From UHGV virus genome UHGV-0188329: DNA of 41,700 bases; one strand, written 5' to 3'. The position numbers were made by a program, and so were the translations under genes. Shown piece by piece: positions 38,271 through 41,700 of this stretch. The notes below the pieces were generated by a model. The model saw only the letters and a program-made list of their open reading frames with translations, searched no databases and had not been told where the DNA came from. This stretch comes from a virus. Positions within the stretch are counted from its first letter, which is position 1. Each line of letters opens with the position of its first letter.

Positions 38271-38395
38271 TTTTTACCCGTCATGGAGTGCGGCTGTCAA
38301 CGATCTGACGCGAACCATGACGAACTGCGAATCTACGGAATGCTTGATATTCAGGGGATTTTGCGGACTGGTACGGATGGGAGCGAACTGATAAA

Positions 38396-38470
38396 TGGTG
38401 TCCCCTGCAGGAATCGAACCTGCAATTAGCCCTTAGGAGGGGCTCGTTATATCCATTTAACTAAGAGGAC
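38396..38470 (-). tRNA. argW: tRNA-Arg (anticodon CCU), argW-type; prophage integration target
   Basis: Reverse complement reads GTCCTCTTAGTTAAATGGATATAACGAGCCCCTCCTAAGGGCTAATTGCAGGTTCGATTCCTGCAGGGGACACCA with T-loop GTTCGATTC, anticodon loop CUCCUAA and 3' CCA. Confidence 0.85.
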
Positions 38471-38545
38471 AATGCGGCATGAGTATACCCGCTAATGGAG
38501 TGCGGGGTAAGTACGCTGCCGCTCGATTGCTTAAACCCTCGCCAT

Positions 38546-39478
38546 TTATGCCGGGTTTTTATAATTTTTCTTAATGTTTTCCGCACGTTCTGCTTTTTGG
38601 CGTGCTTCTGCTTTACGCTTATTGCTCATGTCGTTACGAATCTGTGCATGACTCATTAACGCGAAGATAAAGGTGCCGCCGCAGATGTTCCCCGCTAAAG
38701 TAGGTAGTGCGAAGGGCCAGATGAAATCGCTCCAGTGCAGCGTACCGTTAAACACCAGATAGAGGATTTCAACAGAACCGACCACGATATGGGTGGTGTC
38801 ACCCAGGGCAATAAGCCAGGTCATCAATATAATCACCACAATCTTTGCCGCACCCGCTGCAGGAAACATCCAAACCATAGTGGCGATCAGCCAGCCGGAA
38901 ATGATCGCGTTGGCAAACATCTCGCTGGGGGTGTTCTTCATCACATCCATGCCGATTTTGACAAATGCATCGCGAGTTTCTTCATTGAAGATAGGCATAT
39001 ATTCAAATGCCCACGCCGCAATACCTGTCCCGAGAATATTACCCAGCAGCACGACGCCCCATAACCGTATAAGTAAGCCGACGTTGCTCATTGTCGGTTT
39101 TTGCATGACGGGTAGTACCGCAGTCACGGTATTTTCGGTAAATAATTGCTGGCGGGCCATAATGACGATAATAAAACCAAAGGTATAACCGAGATTCTCC
39201 AGCAAGAAGCTGCCCGGCACACCTTCCAGTTCGACATGAAATATCCCTTTTGCCAGTAACGAAGCGCCCATCGACAGACCCGCCGCAATGGCTGACCACA
39301 GTAGCGCCATTGCGTCGCGTTCCAGCTCTTTTTCACCATCCTGGCGGATATGCTCATGAATTGCCATCGCCCGGGAGGGGAGTCGGTCTTCATCTATTTC
39401 TATTTTTTTGCCGCGCTCTTTTTCTTCGCTCTCAACTTCAATTTCGTCGCTGTGTTGATCAATTTTGTCGTTGTCCAT
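38546..39478 (-). CDS. yfdC: Formate/nitrite transporter family inner membrane protein (YfdC-like)
   Basis: 310 aa polytopic membrane protein; position next to argW and mlaA matches the E. coli K-12 arrangement. Confidence 0.75.
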   Translation of the reverse strand: MDNDKIDQHSDEIEVESEEKERGKKIEIDEDRLPSRAMAIHEHIRQDGEKELERDAMALLWSAIAAGLSMGASLLAKGIFHVELEGVPGSFLLENLGYTFGFIIVIMARQQLFTENTVTAVLPVMQKPTMSNVGLLIRLWGVVLLGNILGTGIAAWAFEYMPIFNEETRDAFVKIGMDVMKNTPSEMFANAIISGWLIATMVWMFPAAGAAKIVVIILMTWLIALGDTTHIVVGSVEILYLVFNGTLHWSDFIWPFALPTLAGNICGGTFIFALMSHAQIRNDMSNKRKAEARQKAERAENIKKNYKNPA

Positions 39479-39771
39479 GGTCTCTTCTCTTGAATTAGCA
39501 CGTATAGCTAAAGCGTAGCGGCTTTTTTGCTCGCAACTGACGGGAGTTACTCTGAAAATGTAGAAAAGGCTGCGTTTGCCTTTTTCTGTTTCTATAGAAT
39601 CAAGTAGCCTACAGGGCGGCGATTACCAGGCTATGATCAAATCAGCAAATCAGGGCGTCTGGACATCAGTTGACGTGCTGTTACAATCGCCCACACCTAA
39701 ACAGGCGGATACGGTATCGTTCCGTCATGGATGGCAAACTGCATAAGCCATAAAAAAACAGGGAGACATTT

Positions 39772-40527
39772 ATGAAGCTTCGCCTGTCGGCGCTTGCTCT
39801 GGGAACTACGCTTCTGGTGGGGTGTGCGAGTTCCGGTACAGATCAGCAAGGGCGTTCTGACCCGTTAGAAGGGTTCAACCGCACCATGTACAACTTCAAC
39901 TTCAATGTATTAGACCCGTATATTGTTCGACCGGTCGCTGTCGCCTGGCGTGATTATGTTCCGCAACCGGCGCGTAACGGTTTGAGCAACTTTACCGGCA
40001 ACCTTGAAGAACCTGCGGTGATGGTTAACTACTTCTTGCAGGGCGACCCTTATCAGGGGATGGTCCACTTTACCCGCTTTTTCCTGAACACCATTTTGGG
40101 GATGGGCGGCTTTATTGATGTTGCAGGGATGGCGAACCCGAAACTGCAACGGACTGAACCTCACCGCTTCGGTAGTACGCTTGGTCATTATGGCGTGGGT
40201 TATGGGCCGTACGTTCAGTTACCATTCTACGGTAGCTTCACGCTGCGTGATGACGGTGGTGATATGGCGGATGGTCTTTACCCGGTTCTTTCCTGGTTGA
40301 CCTGGCCGATGTCTGTGGGTAAATGGACGCTTGAAGGGATCGAAACCCGCGCTCAGCTGCTGGATTCCGACGGTCTGCTGCGTCAGTCGTCCGATCCTTA
40401 TATTATGGTGCGCGAAGCGTACTTCCAGCGTCATGATTTCATCGCTAATGGCGGCGAACTCAAACCGCAGGAAAATCCGAACGCGCAAGCGATTCAGGAT
40501 GATTTAAAAGATATCGATTCTGAATAA
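39772..40527 (+). CDS. mlaA: Outer membrane lipoprotein MlaA (VacJ)
   Basis: 251 aa; lipoprotein signal MKLRLSALALGTTLLVGC; translation matches MlaA/VacJ. Confidence 0.9.
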   Translation: MKLRLSALALGTTLLVGCASSGTDQQGRSDPLEGFNRTMYNFNFNVLDPYIVRPVAVAWRDYVPQPARNGLSNFTGNLEEPAVMVNYFLQGDPYQGMVHFTRFFLNTILGMGGFIDVAGMANPKLQRTEPHRFGSTLGHYGVGYGPYVQLPFYGSFTLRDDGGDMADGLYPVLSWLTWPMSVGKWTLEGIETRAQLLDSDGLLRQSSDPYIMVREAYFQRHDFIANGGELKPQENPNAQAIQDDLKDIDSE

Positions 40528-40542
40528 GAAATAAATAAAAAA

Positions 40543-40568
40543 GGTGAGTCGCAAAACTCACCTTTTTT
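40543..40568 (+). terminator. Intrinsic terminator downstream of mlaA
   Basis: GGTGAGT/ACTCACC stem flanked by A-run upstream and TTTTTT downstream. Confidence 0.6.
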
Positions 40569-40708
40569 GTTGTTATCCCTCAATTACCACAAGTAAAAGG
40601 AGATAAACCGACAATGACCCGGACGTAATGATGTAAAAATACTGATGTTCGTCATTGACTATTTCCGATATTCAGTCGTTGAAAAATCAAAAAACTGGAA
40701 AAATAATT

Positions 40709-41700
40709 TTAAATATCATCAAAATTAACACCTAACGCAGATAGTTGATTAATTTCATTTTGATATTCCGTCTGGCAATTTTGAAGCCTTTCTTCAATTT
40801 TACCTTCGAGTTTCTTATAGTGCACATATATATTTTGAGAATGGTCAGTGTTAACTTCGTTATCGAATAAAGTAGAAACTATTTCTTTTACATTATTGCG
40901 TCTATATTTTGCATTGTCCACTTGAAAATTATATCTTATTGCTCGACCATAACGTTTAAAAACTTCGTTTGGTTCTTTCAGTCTTTCCCCGTTGAGTTCG
41001 TTTACAACTTGATGATTTATACCTGTTGCAAATAATTCTGCCATGAGAGCTTTATTGCTTTCAAATGACGCTGAAGCATTCCTGGCGTTTTCACTACAAT
41101 ATTGTGTGAGACTATCACCATTAATACGAATTCCTCTTTTAATGTGGTAGTTGTCCTGATCGTAGTAACCGAGCGATAAATAATCGTTTCCGTTTATATT
41201 TTTAATTACAATGGCGAGAGTGTTGTATTTTTTATCTTTACCGTGCCAGGTAAATAAGTCCGTTGGTTTGCTTTTCTCGTTCTCATCGAATTTCGTTACA
41301 GTATGTATGAGGTTACGTGATATTTTATCGAAAATGAAATCAGGATCTCCATTATATATTTCTTTTATTGCGCTGAAGATATTTTTCTTGTTATTGATAT
41401 CATCAGTATTCTCTACTACATTTTCATTGATGATGGTTTGGCCGACTTTTTTGTTTTCATCGTTCGCAGGTGATTTTGTTGGTTCTTGATTATCAAAAGT
41501 AATATCGTCTGTATCATTGGAGTCAATGCCAATATCACTACGATCATCAATACCACTAACAATAATACCATCAGTAAATTCAGCATTATTTATATCATCA
41601 TGAGTCTTCTCAACTATGTTGTCATTAATGATAGCACGGACGAGTTCTTTGTCTTTATAGCTCGCAAGTAATTTTATTGTTTCTTGGTTATCGATACCAA
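40709..41700 (-). CDS. AT-rich chromosomal gene, 5'-truncated by window edge (possibly yfdF-like)
   Basis: Minus-strand frame stays open upstream of the ORF-track Met at 41044 (checked across 41030-41080 and 41580-41700); assignment to yfdF rests only on K-12 gene order. Confidence 0.4.
   Translation of the reverse strand, partial: GIDNQETIKLLASYKDKELVRAIINDNIVEKTHDDINNAEFTDGIIVSGIDDRSDIGIDSNDTDDITFDNQEPTKSPANDENKKVGQTIINENVVENTDDINNKKNIFSAIKEIYNGDPDFIFDKISRNLIHTVTKFDENEKSKPTDLFTWHGKDKKYNTLAIVIKNINGNDYLSLGYYDQDNYHIKRGIRINGDSLTQYCSENARNASASFESNKALMAELFATGINHQVVNELNGERLKEPNEVFKRYGRAIRYNFQVDNAKYRRNNVKEIVSTLFDNEVNTDHSQNIYVHYKKLEGKIEERLQNCQTEYQNEINQLSALGVNFDDI

Larger units (their letters stand above)
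1..38395. mobile_element. Lambdoid prophage (partial; left end outside window), right boundary at 3' end of tRNA-Arg
   Basis: Contiguous phage modules (early-left, immunity, replication, nin, Q, lysis, head, tail, integrase) ending next to a tRNA gene; chromosomal genes yfdC-like and mlaA follow. Confidence 0.8.

Noticed and set aside
1-41700. CRISPR arrays, IS elements/transposases, reverse transcriptases (retrons), restriction-modification or toxin-antitoxin pairs
   Set aside because: No spacer-repeat arrays, no transposase-like or RT-like ORFs and no methyltransferase/nuclease motif pairs were seen on either strand

Overview
The window holds about 38.4 kb of a mosaic lambdoid prophage (1..~38395, left end beyond the window) integrated at the 3' end of a tRNA-Arg(CCU) gene (argW-type), followed by chromosomal flank: a yfdC-like FNT-family transporter, mlaA/vacJ and a 5'-truncated AT-rich gene. 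All calls are from reading the sequence and the supplied ORF translations; no database search was run. Prophage layout: a leftward early operon (RecT-like, Gp157-like, Ead/Ea22-like, CIII-like, lambda-type N with nutL); an immunity region with a non-lambda S24-type cI, Cro-like and CII proteins and TACCT-N2-AGGTA operators; replication genes (O-like with internal iterons, DnaB-like helicase); a nin region (NinB/D/E/F/H, DUF1364, RusA); Q with pR'/tR'; lambda-type lysis genes S, R, Rz/Rz1; then a non-lambda morphogenesis module with contractile-tail hallmarks (sheath, tube, chaperone with a -1 frameshift, tape measure with SLT domain, baseplate V/W/J, tail fibre, Tfa); an AT-rich acyltransferase-3 gene; and a tyrosine integrase. 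The best candidates for an undescribed accessory system are (1) a small membrane protein translationally coupled to cI in the rexAB position, and (2) an AT-rich two-gene moron inside the baseplate cluster (secreted small protein convergent with a DUF4236 membrane protein). Further leads are the small gene next to N, a divergent ORF upstream of the terminase, and the Oac-like acyltransferase next to int.
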